A stretch of 64,000 nt of DNA from Azolla caroliniana (GCA_043228905.1 JBHGNT010000002.1:5270001-5334000); one strand, 5' to 3'; positions 1 through 14,500 are shown, numbered from the stretch's first letter. Program-made: numbers and translations. The notes: generated from the letters alone by a model not told the origin.

Positions 1-115
1 GATGGAGAATGCAGTAAAATAAAGAAAAATTAAATGCAAAACACTAAAAATAGTATCGAAATGATGAGAAAACTGTGATGAGGGACATAAATTTTCTATC
101 TACAAAACCCTATTT

Positions 116-432
116 TTTCAACGAAAATCCGATGCAGTGCATCAGATTTTGGTTGAAAGGAGGGCCTTTCAACCAAAATCCGTTGCACTACATCGGATTT
201 TCGTTGAAAGGAGGGATTGTGGTTTAATCAAGGAGGGAGAAGTCATGTCACAATCCTTAGCAGTGCATGGGATTGTGGTTGAAGGCCTTCCGGTGCAATG
301 CATCGGATTTTGGTTGAGGGGCACTACCTTCCACCAAACCAAAAGGGGCACTACCTTCCACCAAAATCCAATGCAGTGCAACGGATTTTGGTTGAAAAGA
401 GGGCTATCTTCCACCAAAATCCGATGCAATGT
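116..432. repeat. Array of palindromic units (AAAATCCGATGCA-G-TGCATCGGATTTT-like) arranged as larger inverted repeats
   Basis: 116-160 and 165-209 are reverse complements (3 mismatches) and each arm is itself near-palindromic; the unit recurs at about 250-320, 350-400 and 410-432. Confidence 0.8.
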
Positions 433-839
433 ATAGACAAAACAATAAGGTGTGTTGTCTTAAGGTAAATAACATTGAGTACCCATGTTAATCTTGACAA
501 GAGTCATGTTTGCTCATGAAGGTTGTGTACATTACTGGGCCATTGTCTATCCTATTGTTAGCAACTTGGTAGGAATGACTATAAATCATTTATAAGCTAT
601 CGACGATCACATTGTGTCCTCTACTACGATAATTAACTAATTAAGAAACAATGTAATCTATCTAAGAACTTAATCAAAACATTTAAAAGTACTTCAGAAA
701 AAAGGAAAACATTGGAGAGAACAACCACCTCTCGTTTAATTAATTACACATGCTAGCACAAGTGTTTAACATGAGGTAAAGAACTTAGCATTAATCGCAA
801 TGGAGAGAGAGAGAGGAAGTATAACCTCATTACTTGTAT

Positions 840-2400
840 GGAGAGTGATTTGGAATGTTTGGGATGGCAAGGGTCAATGGCTACATGGGGATAAATTAAT
901 CGGCATTTGGGGCATCCGTTGGGTGTTTATGTTGCAAATGTTCAATTGTTGACTATATTGGTAGTCAATTGAAGCACAATTTTATGTATTGGAAGTATCA
1001 ATTGTGGCCATTTCATTTGCAACTCAAAGTGGTGCAATGTATCATGATACTCATATTATTATATTTTTACCATTGCTCCTTTGGACTAAGAAGGCATTAC
1101 AAACATTATTGAAACCTCTTGTGTTCATGTTGTGGCCTAAGAGAGAAAATATGGGAGTTACACGGATTTCATAGGATCATTTGGCTACTCCCAAACAATT
1201 AGGTGGTGCTGCAATATTAAATTTGGAAATGCATTTGATGGCCCATAGATTTCCATTATTACGAGATATGTGTCAACAATATAAACTGCAGATATCTATG
1301 ATGCAATATTTTATTGAGCATGATCAATTGGTGATTGGGAAAACTAAGATTCAAGCACCGTGGTGGACATTGCTTCATGTATGTATTCCTCTAAAGATTT
1401 AACATTTTGAATGTGCTCACAATTGGTAAGCTATTGTCAAGATGCCCAATATTTTTTTGAGTGGGCACCATCGAGTAATCAAGAGCTTTGTAATCATTAC
1501 AAAACAAATTGTTCGTTGTTCTCTATTGTTGCATTGGCATGGAAAAGAGAAGATGAGATCTTAGTTCAATCACTTAATTTCATTGGGGGTTGTAGAATTG
1601 GAGGATGTGGTTGATAATGAATCTCAAAGCTTGCCAAAATTTGAAGATGATAAACGATGGTTATGTATTACCCCGAGTTATGGATTTATTTAGGACAAAT
1701 AACAATATATATACTATTGTTGCATGAATCATTGCCAATGAAAGAAAATGGTGCTCCTTGAATGGATTTGCGGTTAAAGTATGGTACACACTTGTTACAA
1801 AGTGTGGAATGTATGTAAGTCAAATCAAGGTTGTGGCAAATATTGCAATGTGGTTGGCATTCTCATTTGTGATTTCGTGCAAAGGTAATCATGTGGAGAG
1901 TCATGATTGGCGGGCTTCCATTAGGTTCAACATTAAGGAGACAAGGCCGAAGGTCAACTATATGCGTCTTTTGCACCATTCCATCGGAGGACATTGCACA
2001 TAAGTTCCTTAAATGCCCTATACTCATATCGCCTAGAAGTACTAATCAAAGTTTTCACAATTTTATCCCATTGTTATTTAACAATTTCCCATTTTTGGTT
2101 AGTATGTTCAAAATGGTGCAAATGACAAGCTAGAGTTCATGTTCCAAAATTTACGATACTAGGGAATGCAATACAATTGTATATATGCGTAATGCTTTCA
2201 TGTTCAATGGTAGACATTGGGCGAAAGCCCATGTTAAGAAGTTGAAAAGCATTCTCATTAGAATTTTTGGATGTTGGCGCATGTGGGGATCATTTCCTTA
2301 AATGTGTATTCAAGTTTTCTAATGGCTATGTAAGATGTCCCTATACGTAGATAACTAGGTAGTGGAAGGCTAAGAAATTGTAACAATGGGGTTTTACATA
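840..2400 (+). mobile_element. Degenerate LINE (L1-like) ORF2 3' remnant
   Basis: Fragments LATPKQLGGAAILNL (post-RT motif PKxxGGLGI) at 1181 and WRVMIGGLP...CVFCTIPSEDIAHKFLKCP (zf-RVT CCHC) at 1891; many stops; boundaries approximate. Confidence 0.65.
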
Positions 2401-3068
2401 CAATTAATATAATTATGTGCTTTTACACCCCCCCTTAAAAAGAGAGAGAATAGAATAGAATAGATATTTTATCATCCATAATGACACCAAATTTGCCCTA
2501 TGGGACCAAACCAACATGTCATCTTGTATGTGATTCCTTCCTAACAAGGAGACCCGTTACTACTCTATAATAAAAACTCTCGACGTGAAAATAATGCAGG
2601 CATGTATATGCTCCTTCTTGGTGGAGATTTGAGCTTATCACACACATTATCATGTCCGCCTAACAAGTCATCATATTTTATTGTGATTCACTTTATACGT
2701 TGAGCATGTGATGTAGGTTCATCCTTCACTAGGTTTTCATTGCATACCTAACATATCTTCATATTTGGTTGATGATGCCATGATACTACCTCAACACCTA
2801 ACTTGTGTGAGTTAGTTTGAATAAGTGTCAAGGCTCTTCGTGAGCCAAGACTTGTGGGGGTAGGAAAATGTGGTTAGATATGTTATGGCTAGGGACAACA
2901 TTGAGGGTTAATGTTTGCAATGTAATATTCCAATATTTTCATTTTAGTATCTTGCTACATCATCCTTAGTGTCTTTAGTAATATACTCTAAACGATCACA
3001 TACTTCATATCATCACACAAGAACTCCAATAGATATTTTACTCCACATCTTTTAAATCATTTCATAAT

Positions 3069-3708
3069 TGTTACCTTTAGGAGAAGAAAGATGACAAAGT
3101 TTAGCCGAAACAGCTAAAGGCCGAAAGAGTGAAGCTGGCTAAAGTCTGAAAGTCGAAGCCGAATCGAATACATGATTAGAGTTGAAGTCTAAAGACAAAT
3201 TATTATTAAGTGCGGAATATTATGATTACGCAAAATATAATTAGAGATGAAACGATCTAATAGATTTTAGATCCAAATAGTTATGGCATATGATATTTAG
3301 AGATGTGATCTGAAAGGATGTGTCGATCCGATTCGGTAATGTAACCTTGCATGCTTACTTATAAAAGGAGCATGTACATTGTACTACAAGGCAGTTGTAT
3401 AGCGTGCATAAGTTTAATATAAAGAGATTTTGAGTATACAATGTCATTGTGTTCTATTGTTATATCTGTATTGAATTGTGATTAAGTTCTTAATTGTTGT
3501 GTTAAGTGTAGTTGCCGATTCGGTGGTGTAACCAATTTGGTATGTCTGTGTGTATTAAACAATTCAGTTGTAGCCGAACCATTATTATTAATGCCTGATT
3601 TTATCATAGCCGATCTGGCTAGTTATTTATTGCGGTCTGTTAGATCCATCCCTCCAATCACGATCTTTGATGAAGGGTATCTGGTGATTGGGTATTCGAG
3701 TAGGAACA
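3069..3708 (+). repeat. 5' LTR of element H
   Basis: TGTTAC...GAACA ends, TATA box (CTTATAAAAGG at about 3358), PBS-like TGGTGACCACGA at 3714-3725. No partner LTR in the window, so the ends are inferred. Confidence 0.65.
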
Positions 3709-5419
3709 CATTTTGGTGACCACGATTAGTTTGTGAGAGGCAACGAATGAAGGAGGATGGATGTCGTCTAGACAGATCGACGACACACTAATTGAATGGG
3801 AGAAAAGGGCGCGAAAATAGGAGTAGTACCGAAGCCTGATAGAGGAGATCCAGAGGGATCAATCATTTTCCCCAAGTATTCAACGACTAGCCGAACAAGC
3901 ATTTCACTCATGCAGCAACAACGAAGGTGAGAGCAACATGATTGACTTCGCAGACACCGAATCAAGCTTGCAAACATTAGCGGCGCGAGAAAAGGATTCG
4001 ACCGCGTTCTCCGGCTTGGAGGACAACACTAGCAATTCCTGTTCATACGAAGACACGTCCGATGATCGAAGTGTCTACTCAAGCCACTGTCCTATTATCG
4101 ACACTTCGGAGGAATGAGTAGTAGAGACCCTGATACGAACACTGCCGGCCTCAACAGTGACCCCAATCTAGACGCCACTAACCATACTGGAGACCCCCAT
4201 ACAAACACCGCCAGCAAAATAGAGGCCCTGGCACTACCATTGCTAGACGGTCCATAGAGCGAGCCGATTAGCCCAAAGAGTGAGTATGGCAGTTCACAAA
4301 CCGATGAAGAGGAGATAGTGTGGTACCTATATCCCTAAGTATAATGATGGGTCAGATGTCGAGGCACACATTTGCGTGTTCCACACGACATGGTAAGAAA
4401 ACCATGTCTTGCAAAGACTAGCTAGTGCTGATGCCAATGTGTCAAAGTTTGCTGAATTCGGTTTGTCGCTGGAGGGTCAGGCCACTAACTCATATTCCTA
4501 ACATGATCAAGGAGAGTTTGACTCCTTTCCGCGATTGAACGAAAAATTCGTCAAGCTATTTCACCGGCGGGTGCACAAAGAGAATTGATGCAACAATTCT
4601 ACATTGAGTATCAAGAGCCATATGAAACGGTTCCCCAATTTGTCATCCTATTTCAAAATATGTGGAAGCAGCTGACACGACCGCCACCAAAGGAGGATTT
4701 AAAAGAAATCTTCCTCACAACCCTTAGGGAGTCGTTGCGGATGACCCTGGCGGTGCTTGACTTCAAAGCCGACACCATTGCGCAAGTCGTCGACAAGGCA
4801 CTGGATATGGACCAAGCGCAAAACAACTTGCTACAATGTCTATGGGAGGATTGTAGAGAGCACTACCAAAAGTGAAGGAAGTTAGATTCTGGCAAGCGGT
4901 CCGGTGTACAACATGTTTAAATCTTGGACATTCAATGTTGGAATGCACGATGCAGACACATTATGCACTATGTCACTACAAGGCTCACACAATTGATCAA
5001 TGCGAGTATAACCTATTGAATAAAGTAACGACGCCGGTTTGGTAAATTGAGCCATAGGACACAAGCAGTCAGAAGAAGACCGATTTCGGCCAGAGGACAA
5101 AATTCGGCATGACCATTGATATCGACAAGATGATTGATTCTGGTATACAGAGAAATTCTAGCCGGATGATATTAGATTATAAAATAAAGTATAATATTAG
5201 GAGTACAAATAAAACATATTATGATAAATAAAGTAATAAATAATAATTCCTAAAATATCACTTTTTTTATAAAAACGTTTTGTAACTACTCTCTCTCTCT
5301 CTCTCTCTCTCTCTTATATACACATTGTAACCACTATTCATGTAGTGTGAGTGTTAAGAAAGGAGAGTGATTGTATGCAACGGTAGGATTGTGTGTGTGT
5401 GTGCGCGCGCACTTATGAG

Positions 5420-5459
<40 letters not shown>

Positions 5460-8400
5460 TTAATATGAGAAAACTATGTATTACTTCCAACAGTAACAAA
5501 GTTACAAAACGTTGGTTTAAATACCAACTAAACTAGGGCAAGGGCCCTTTCTACTATTTACAAAACTAGTTTGGTATGTCCATGAGCTAGTGTGAAACAT
5601 ATTTCTATGGGAAGTTGAGTTCGATTCTCAACACGTCCCTTCGAACACAACTTCCGGAGATCGAAAAATTGTTTCGGATCGGTCTTCGGAACGCTTCGGT
5701 TGTTCGGCTTTTTGGTTGTGTACTCCTTGTTCGGCTTCGATCAATCGATCGGTTCACTATTCTATACTCCTCCTCAAGCTCGGTTAGTCGAGAATAGATA
5801 GGCCAAGGTTCGACACGAACTGCTGCAACTTGTCGATACCCAGGGCTTTCGTGAAAATGTCAGCTACCTATAGATTCGTGCTGATGTGGTGTAAGTCTAT
5901 ATCTCCGGCCTGCACGCGTTCACGGATGAAATGGTAGTGCACTTCGACATGCTTAGTCCGCACGTGGAATATGGGGTTCCGCGCCAGGTAGATACTGCCC
6001 ATGTTGTCGTAGTATAGATCCTTCAGTATACGCTTGAGCCATACGGCTTCGCACGTGGCGTCCGTCGCGCCCCTGTATTTGGCCTCCGTGCTTGACAGTG
6101 CGACTGTCGGTTGCTTCTTGCTACTCCATGAGATTGCTCCGCTGCCAAGGGAGAAGAAGAATCCTGATGTTGACCGTCTATCCACTTTATAACCTGCCCA
6201 ATCCGCATTTGTGCACCCTTTGAGTCGAATTATCATATTTGATGTTGTAATCCATCGTACCATTGGCGTACCGAAGTACCCTCTTAGCCCAATCAAGATA
6301 AAAGTTTCGTGGATTCATCGGTAGCCAATCGGTAGCCAATCGCTTTCTTGTGCGGAATGTGAGGAATGAGATCCCATGTCTCGTTTTTGCATAGGGCTTG
6401 CATTTCTTCATTCATCGCGTCGACCCATCGCGGATCCTTTATGGCTTTAGAAAGGGTTTCCAGCTCATGTACTGACGCTACCTTCATCATAAAGGCGTAA
6501 TGATATGCCATGTAATCGTTGTAGCCGAATCAGCTTATGGGGTTCTTTTCACGGGTGGATCAACGGAGCTTCTCGTTTGCGAATACTAAGGCTTTCTTCG
6601 TTCCATTTGTCTGGATGCCAAGGCCTTCAAACTCACTATTGAGGGACTTATTCGGATCGTGATTGGACTTTCGTCGAACATACGCGTAACTCGATCTTCG
6701 GCTTCTAACTCTATTTCGGTGTATTGCGGGTCGAGCGGAGTCGGAGTCGAAGTTGTCTCTGGTGCGTACCAAGATGCGGACTCGTTGAAAACGACATCTC
6801 GACTTGTTCGAACTTTAAGGGTAGATGGATTGTAGCATTTGTACCCCTTCTAGTCGAGTGAGTACCCCACGAGGATACATTTCTCTGACTTCGGGTCGAG
6901 CTTTTGTTGCGTATCATCGGGAATATGCACATAAGCGATTCAGCCGAAAATATGAACATGTGATAAGTCCGACTTCTTACCAAGAAATTTCTCATGGGGG
7001 GTTGCGTCGTGTACTCTTGAGGTTGTGCACCTGTTCATGAGGTATACGGCCTTGTTCGCCGCTTCTGCCCAATATGATTTCGACAGGTTCTTCTCGTTCA
7101 TCATTGCCCGTGAAACCTCTACTATGTGCCGGTTCTTCCGCTCGATTACGTCGTTTTGCTGAGGTGTGTGACCGCATGGAAATTCTCGTAGGATTCTTTC
7201 CTTTCGGAGATACACCGTAAACTCATCCAAGAAATATTCTTTACCTCCATCTGATCGAAGGCAGCGTATGTGCCGACCCGTAGTTTTTTCGACTTTGGCT
7301 TTGAACCTCTAGAAGTGTCCGAACACTTCGCTCTTCTGTCTCATCAGGTAGATCCAGATGTGCTTGGAGAAGTCGTCAATGAATGTGACGTAATATCGGC
7401 ATCCGCCGAGTGTGGTTTTCTGGGTTGGTCCCCATACATCTGAATGTACGACATCCAGGATCCCTTTGCTCACATTCCGATCTTTTGGGAATGGATGTCG
7501 GCGTTGCTTTCCGAACTGGCACGCTTCGCATACGCCCGTAATCTACTTTGCTGTAAAGTTCGGGAGTCCGATTACGACTCCTTTCGATTGCATGTTCTGA
7601 ACCTTCTGGAGATTGATGTGACCAACTCTCTTGTGCCACAAGTTTAGGTTAGTTTCGACTTTGAGGCCCTTTGCAAACATGGCCAATTTTACCTCATTCG
7701 ATTCAAGAACAAACATATGGCCTTCACGACGGTCGTGAGCTACCACTCGATCGCCTCTTTCGATAAATGTTGAGCGGCAAGCTCAACTGGAGCCGGATCG
7801 ACTGGGTAAGCCTGAGCCGGCAAGCGAGACGGATCGGTAAGCCCGTGAGCAACATAGCTGGTGAGCTAGGGAGCCGGTTAGCCGGATCCATACGGTAACT
7901 AGAGGCCTAGTATATTAGTTTAGACTATTAGGCAGTTATTGTCTCATAGTAAGTGTCAGATGCTCGTGTGAGCATTGAAGTACGCGGTACTTCTGTCAGT
8001 CCCACGAGGACTTGTATAAATAGTGCTATTGAGTACAGTTGTAAACACACACAGAGTGAATATATCGTTTTTCAATATAATTTTTACGTTCTACTCTCTC
8101 TGTCTCTCCCGTGTACTCTGTATATTCCCTACGTTCTCTATTTTCTAACGCTTCCGCAAGTAATCGTTTTCATGGTATCAGAGTGCGAGGGTTGAGAACC
8201 TCCTCTGCAGTTGACAAACGCTTGAAAGCAAACCCTAACAGGTCGTAAAACAACAGACAAAGAAGTGATGGATAGAGGGATGCCTAGCTCGCTCCTTGTG
8301 GAGAAACTCGACAGATCCAACTATGCATCTTGGTCGTATAAGATGCACAAGTACCTGCTTGGGCATGGCTACTGGAGTTTCATCGAAGGAGCCAACAAAA

Positions 8401-10251
8401 CAGCACCTAATGCGGCACATAAGGACTTCCCAGTGTGGGAACAATCGGCAAGCAGAGTGATGTACTGCTTCGCGTCCAGTGTTTGAGACCAGCTGCTGAG
8501 CAACATCCGAGACGCCAAGATGCCAAAGGAGGCTTGGGGGAACCTGAAGAAGGTTTTCGCCGCGAGTACTACAACCCGGAAGCTGCAACTCCGACAGGAG
8601 TTGAGCAATGTCCGACAGAAGGACATGTCGATGGCGGATTACACGGCCCGGATCAAAGAGATATGTGACTCCCTTGCCTCTATCAACATTAACGTAGAGG
8701 AAGACGAGATGGTACAAGTCTGTCTTGGGGGCCTGGCGTCTAAGTTCAGAGCATTTCGAACGGCGGTGTGTACAAGGGAGAATACACCGTCATTTTTCGA
8801 CTTACAATCGATGCTCCTTGTAGAGGAGAACCACGCCGGTGCGTCAACTAGCGCACCCACTGACAACCGGATGTTGTACACAGAGGCGGATCGGTCCCAT
8901 GGGCGTGGTGGACGAGGCGGGTCCGCACACAATGGAGGTGGCCGGCAAGACCAGGAACAAAGGCACAGAGAACGTGCCGACAACAGTTCCGGACCCTCCG
9001 GGAGCAGGGGGAGTCATGGCGGCACCGGAAGACGGCAAGAGAAGACTGCAACGGAATGCTAGTTCCTTGGCAAAAAGGGCCACTGAGAGAGCGAGTGCTA
9101 GAGAAAACGCGTCGATTAGGACAAATCCGGATCCGGCAAGGATGGCCGGCAAAGCTTGCACTACGCGAAGGGATCGGGAGGATCCAAGAACGGTAATGGG
9201 CCAGCCTTGGTGATGAAGCACGAGGCGAACTCGATGAAGAAGACCACTTCCAAATCGGAGGAAGTGTGGTATGTTGATTCCGGTGCGTCGAACCACATGA
9301 CGAACCACAAAGAGTGGTTCTCCTTTTTGGAGAAACCGGATCAACCAGGAGTAGTCGAAACCGGAGACGACACTCCTCACCCAATTGTGCACGTCGGAGA
9401 AGTCCCTTTGAGCCACGTCGGATAGAAGGGGAAGCTGATGAACATATTACACATTTCGACAATCACGAAGAACCTGGTGTCGGTTGGACAGATTGTCGAC
9501 CAAGGGATGCAGGTGCGGTTTACGCTGTCGTGCCTTTCGTGTTACGGGCATGACCATATAATATCCCGTGGTAAGAATTTACCGTAGTATTCTATACACG
9601 TGGATAAGTGTGAGGGTTAAACGAGAGTGTAAAGAAGGGGAGGATTACTTTTAATCCTCGGGATTGAGACAACCCATTAGGTCAAGTGTGAACTTGCATG
9701 GGGGCCTTGGGTATCGCTATAAATAAGAGGCCTAACTACCCTCATTTGATCATCTTTGGACTACATCAAGACTCTGCTCGTGTGGTGGGTCAACTCTTGT
9801 AGCGAGCGCACCAGCACCAGGTAAGACTTGACGCCACGACGGTGGTATGGGACGCCGATCGAGGCTCGAGTCCGTCTCGATCCCTTCGCTCGGGGGTGGT
9901 CGGGTGGATCGGCACCCTTCTTTCTCTTTCTCCTTTCTATCTTTCATTTCTTTATCCTTATCTTAAGCTTACTTTAGTACCTAGATCTATAATATTTGGT
10001 ATCAGATTTTTGTACTAATGTTTCTTTGTTTTTCATTTGTCTTTTGATTGATGCTGATCGATCGTTGTGCGGTTGGCCTTGATCCAGACAACGAACAACA
10101 AAGAACTTCGGTAACTCTTTCCATAATTTTTCTTTCTATTCTCTCTTCTCCCATCTAATCATGTGTTTAGTTTATATGTAATTTTTTTCATTAAGTCAAT
10201 GATGTTGTATTGGTCTTTAATTGATTATCTAAAACGTTTACATATGTGCAC

Positions 10252-10500
10252 GAGGTCAATACCTCGTTTGACATATTAATAATATGTGATGAGTGTCGTA
10301 TGCGTACGAGGTTAATACCTCAATTACGTATTACTTTCACGAACATATGTTACGTTTGCGTATGAGTTTAATACCTTGATTTGTTGTAAACGATATGCGG
10401 TTGGTCTCGTATGCGTAAGAGGTCAATACCTCAATTGCGTATTACGATGATCTCTTATTTGTGGATGTTTCGTGTGCGTAGAGGTATATACCTCGATTAC
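10252..10500 (+). repeat. Five hairpin repeats (GAGGT-N4-ACCTC core) at about 56-bp period in the leader of C
   Basis: Cores start at 10252, 10308, 10364, 10419 and 10481 with conserved CGTATGCGTA / AATTRCGTATTAC flanks. Confidence 0.75.
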
Positions 10501-11518
10501 GTATCTCGATCACATCATTTGTGGCTATTTAATATAACGATATGGTTAATATAGGCATATGTGGTCACATATATACGTATTTGATCGTATATATGTGAAA
10601 AGTAAACATATGTGTATATTCGTTATTACGTGATTATGTCAAAAGTTGTCATGGTCGGGAAAAGGATGTTGGTGGCCATCCTCACATTTTTGTGAGAATG
10701 GCGTTGTCACCATCCCTTTTTCAAATTTTTTTTATTGTTGATAACCCCGTTGATGACCTCGATTTCGTTACGTAAAGAAACGCCAATAGCCATAATGATG
10801 TAGAGTACGTAGGGCTTGACCCACTTCAAGTGAGGTCGCTCCAATGACGCACGTATCCAACATCCCTCCCTCGTTACATGGATACGATGCCACCATGAGC
10901 TCGTTCTTACGAGAGGCATTCGTAATGACGTGACCATGTGATGGCCCACGTGAGCCTACTACCAAACAAGGGCTCATTTGGCTTGACCATTAGGTTGCAG
11001 TTTGGCGTATGCCATCGTAATTACGAGACTTGAGGTTAGGTAACGTACCAACATAGTTTTGGTAAATGAGGGCGAAATAAGGACCCTTGACATATATGTT
11101 CTTTTAAAAAAACATATATGATCAATTGCCTCGCATATCTCTGTTGGCCGGTCAGAGAAGGCAAATGGGAAAGCAAGGTCGGATCGGATAAATATAGAAA
11201 TAGGAATAGAATTATTAGGAGGGACGGATCCGGTAGTTGTAACCGATCCGGATCCGAACCGATTCGGTTTCGGTTAACGGTTGCCTACCGAGCACCGATT
11301 GTAATCTGGCCGGATGCCTATAAAAGGATCCGATGTTTTGTAATGAAGAGACGAAGAATTAATATAGTTTTGCTTATGCTTATTAATCTTGTCTTCGTCT
11401 GTGCTTAAGTGTAATTATCATACGCGTGTATTAACATCCTATCCCTACCACCCCTTTGGAGAAGTGTCGGATAGACACCTGTGTTGCGGCTAGTCCAGCC
11501 ATACATACAACACTATTT

Positions 11519-11535
11519 TGGCGACCACGACGGGA
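11519..11535 (+). promoter_or_regulatory. Primer-binding site of A, probably tRNA-Arg(UCG)
   Basis: TGG-CGACCAC is complementary to the ...GUGGUCG-CCA end of eukaryotic tRNA-Arg(UCG) (from memory); related motifs follow the LTRs of H (3714) and B (38904). Confidence 0.75.
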
Positions 11536-11538
11536 TGG

Positions 11539-14500
11539 ATGTCTAGACAAAATAACGACCACATCACCGAAAGAGGGAGACGCCACGCCGAACGGCAGCG
11601 ACGACGGGAAGCCCTGCAGCAAGCCGTCGACGAGATCCGGCGCGATCGGTCATTCTCAAAAACGCTTCGGCAAATCGCAGAAGAAGCACTGCAGTTCCAG
11701 GTTCTACAAGCTTCCGACGAAGGCAGTGGCATAACCAGCCTCCAAGAAGCGGAGACACTACTACAGACTCTCGCCGGCGGCGACGGGGACGCAGCGGCAT
11801 TTGCAACATTAGAGGCGGATTCGGATAGCGGGGAAAGCGTGGGATCTCGCTATAAAAGCAGCCACGAGAACAACCCCTTTGAGTCGGATCACTCAGCAAC
11901 ATCGGAGCCAGAGGAGGAAATAACTCTGGAGTTCGGTGACCGGCAATCGCCGAGGAGGGAGGAGCGGATACCAACACCACCCGCGGAGGAACTGCAGGAG
12001 CGGTTATCAACACCACCCGCGGAGGAACCGCAGGAGCGGTTATCAACACCACCCGCGGAGGAACCGCAGGAGCGGATACCAACACCACCTGCGGAGGAAC
12101 CGCAGGAGCAGATACCAACACCACCTGCGGAGGAACCGCAGGAGCGGAGACCGACTTCGGAGGAACCAGCGCAGGAGAATCAGTGGGACGACACGATGCC
12201 GTATCCGTACCCAAAGTATCGGGATGAGCCCGACGGAGAGGCACATGTGTATGCATTCCTGCGAACATGGGAAGCCAGCCACGTGGCCCAGAGACTGACG
12301 GAGCCCGAGGCCGACTGATCCAAAGTCGCCGAATTCGGCATGACATTAGAAGGACCGGCGGCCTGGTGGCACGCAAAGCACTTACCAGGCAGCTTCGCCA
12401 CGTTCGAGGCATTGAAAACCCAGTTTTTACGCCTGTTTCACAGACGAGTGGAACAAAGGGAATTGGTCGGACAATTCTACACCACTCGGCAGGGAGAAAA
12501 CGAGACGGTCCCACAATTTATCATTCGTTTCCAGACCTTGCACAGTCAATTAGCAAGAGCACCACCCGAAGAGGAGGCCAAGGCAGTCTTTTTGGCTGCG
12601 TTGAAAGAGCCACTTCGAGCGATGTGTGGAATCCTCGATTTCAGCACCAGCACAATGGACCAAGTCATTGATCGGGTCCTGGAAATGGACAACACGAGCC
12701 CCTTCTTGCCGATGGGGGCGTTACACCAGGCGCTTTCGAAGGAGGAGGACCTCCGGTTCCGACAAGCCCTACAATGCACAACATGCCTAAATTCGGGGCA
12801 CTCAGCCGTCGACTGCACCCTGCGTGCACAGTGCATGATATGCAATTCTCGCGCCCACACAACAAACCGATGCGAGTATAACCTATTAACTCGACAAGCG
12901 GCACCGGTCCGACACATAGAACCGCGCAATCGGGACCCGGAAGAGGATCGATTCCGGAGGGACGACCGCTACCGACGAGAACGCGGCGACAGATACCCCG
13001 ATAGAAGACGCGACAGCTATGACCGAGAGGAGAACCGCAGGGATAGCTACCCCCGGGACCGGTACGACCGAGACGAATCCCCGGAATACGAGCGACGCAG
13101 AGAAGACAGGCGGCCAGGGAACCGGAATTTCCGACGGAACCAAAGGCGGGGATTTTTCCGTAGAGAGGAGCGTCGGGAGGCAACAAGGAATGACAAACCA
13201 GTAGCGGCACCGGAGAACCGAAAAACCGAGGACAACCGCCGGGGAATGCCCCTTCCCCAAACATGGGAAAAAGGAGAATCCAGCAACACGCACAGGGTGT
13301 ACTGTTATTACTGCCGAAAAGAAGGGCATTACAGTAATCAATGCCCAAGCAAAACAGCCGACAAGCAGCCAGCAGTCAACATGGTGACAGCCGAAGTACA
13401 GCAGGTTACCACGCGGTCGAAGGGGAAGGCCGCCGAATGGGAAGCCCAGGAAGCAATCAGAAAACAAGCGGCACAATGGATCAAAGAAGCCAACGAACAA
13501 GGTGCGGCGGAAGTAAGAGAACAAAATATGCCAAAGAATGAGGAAATCGCACAGCCAGGAGAAAACCCGACATGGCAAGCACTACAAGATTGTCAGATCG
13601 TGCTGCCGTTGGCACGGTTACTGCAGTTGGTGCCGCGGTTTACAGCAGACTTACAAGCCGCCGTGAGCAAACCGACGCCGACACCAGCACCGGCATTTTT
13701 CTCCAACCCGGAGGAAGGCCCAGCGGTGGTCGATACCAGTAGCCCAGCAATCACGACAATCGTCAAAGGAAAGGAGATTCCAGGAACAATTATTGATGGA
13801 GGCTCCGGGGTGAACGTCATCAGTCGACAGACATGCGACGACCTAGGCATCCAGGAGTGGGAACCATGCCCCTTCTGGTTACGCATGGCGGATACAAGCT
13901 CAGTCCGACCAACCGGTCTTATCCGGGACCTGGAAGTAACGATAGGAGGCCACGTATTCCGGATATCGGTTGTGGTACTAGAGCTGAATGTACAAGGCGC
14001 ATATCCCCTACTGTTAGGACGACCATGGCTGCGAACGGCGCATATCAAGCAAAACTGGCAAAAGAATATGATCACGTTCCGACGAGGGAAAACAAAGGTA
14101 CGGGTAGCCACGCAACCACGGGTGCTCACTAGCAAGGAGGCAACCCCTTTATATGCCGAAAGCATCAACATGTTGGAGGGCTTACCGGATGAGGAAGTTG
14201 ATCGGTACCTCGGGGAACACCCACAGATCGTCCCACTTTTTGAGGTGGATATCACGGCAGCAGTAGAGCCGTACATCACAATGCCGGACGAGCCGGACAA
14301 AGCGGCGATCCGGGAACTACGCCAAGCACAGGAAGCCCTAGAAAGAGAAATGACGATATCCCAAAGGGTGAAAGCATCCCAGCTGGAAGAGGTGGACCTC
14401 GGCACAACAGAACAACCCCGACCGGTAAAAGTCGCGAAGGAATTGCCGAAGGAGGAAAAACAGGCAATGGTAGCACTGTTAACGGATTTCAAGGACGTGT

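Noticed and set aside
2400-3068. Additional element between the LINE remnant and H
   Set aside because: No termini or protein motifs could be identified.
10252-10500. CRISPR array
   Set aside because: Repeats are degenerate, spacers are short and AT-rich, the array lies in a retrotransposon leader, and there are no cas genes.
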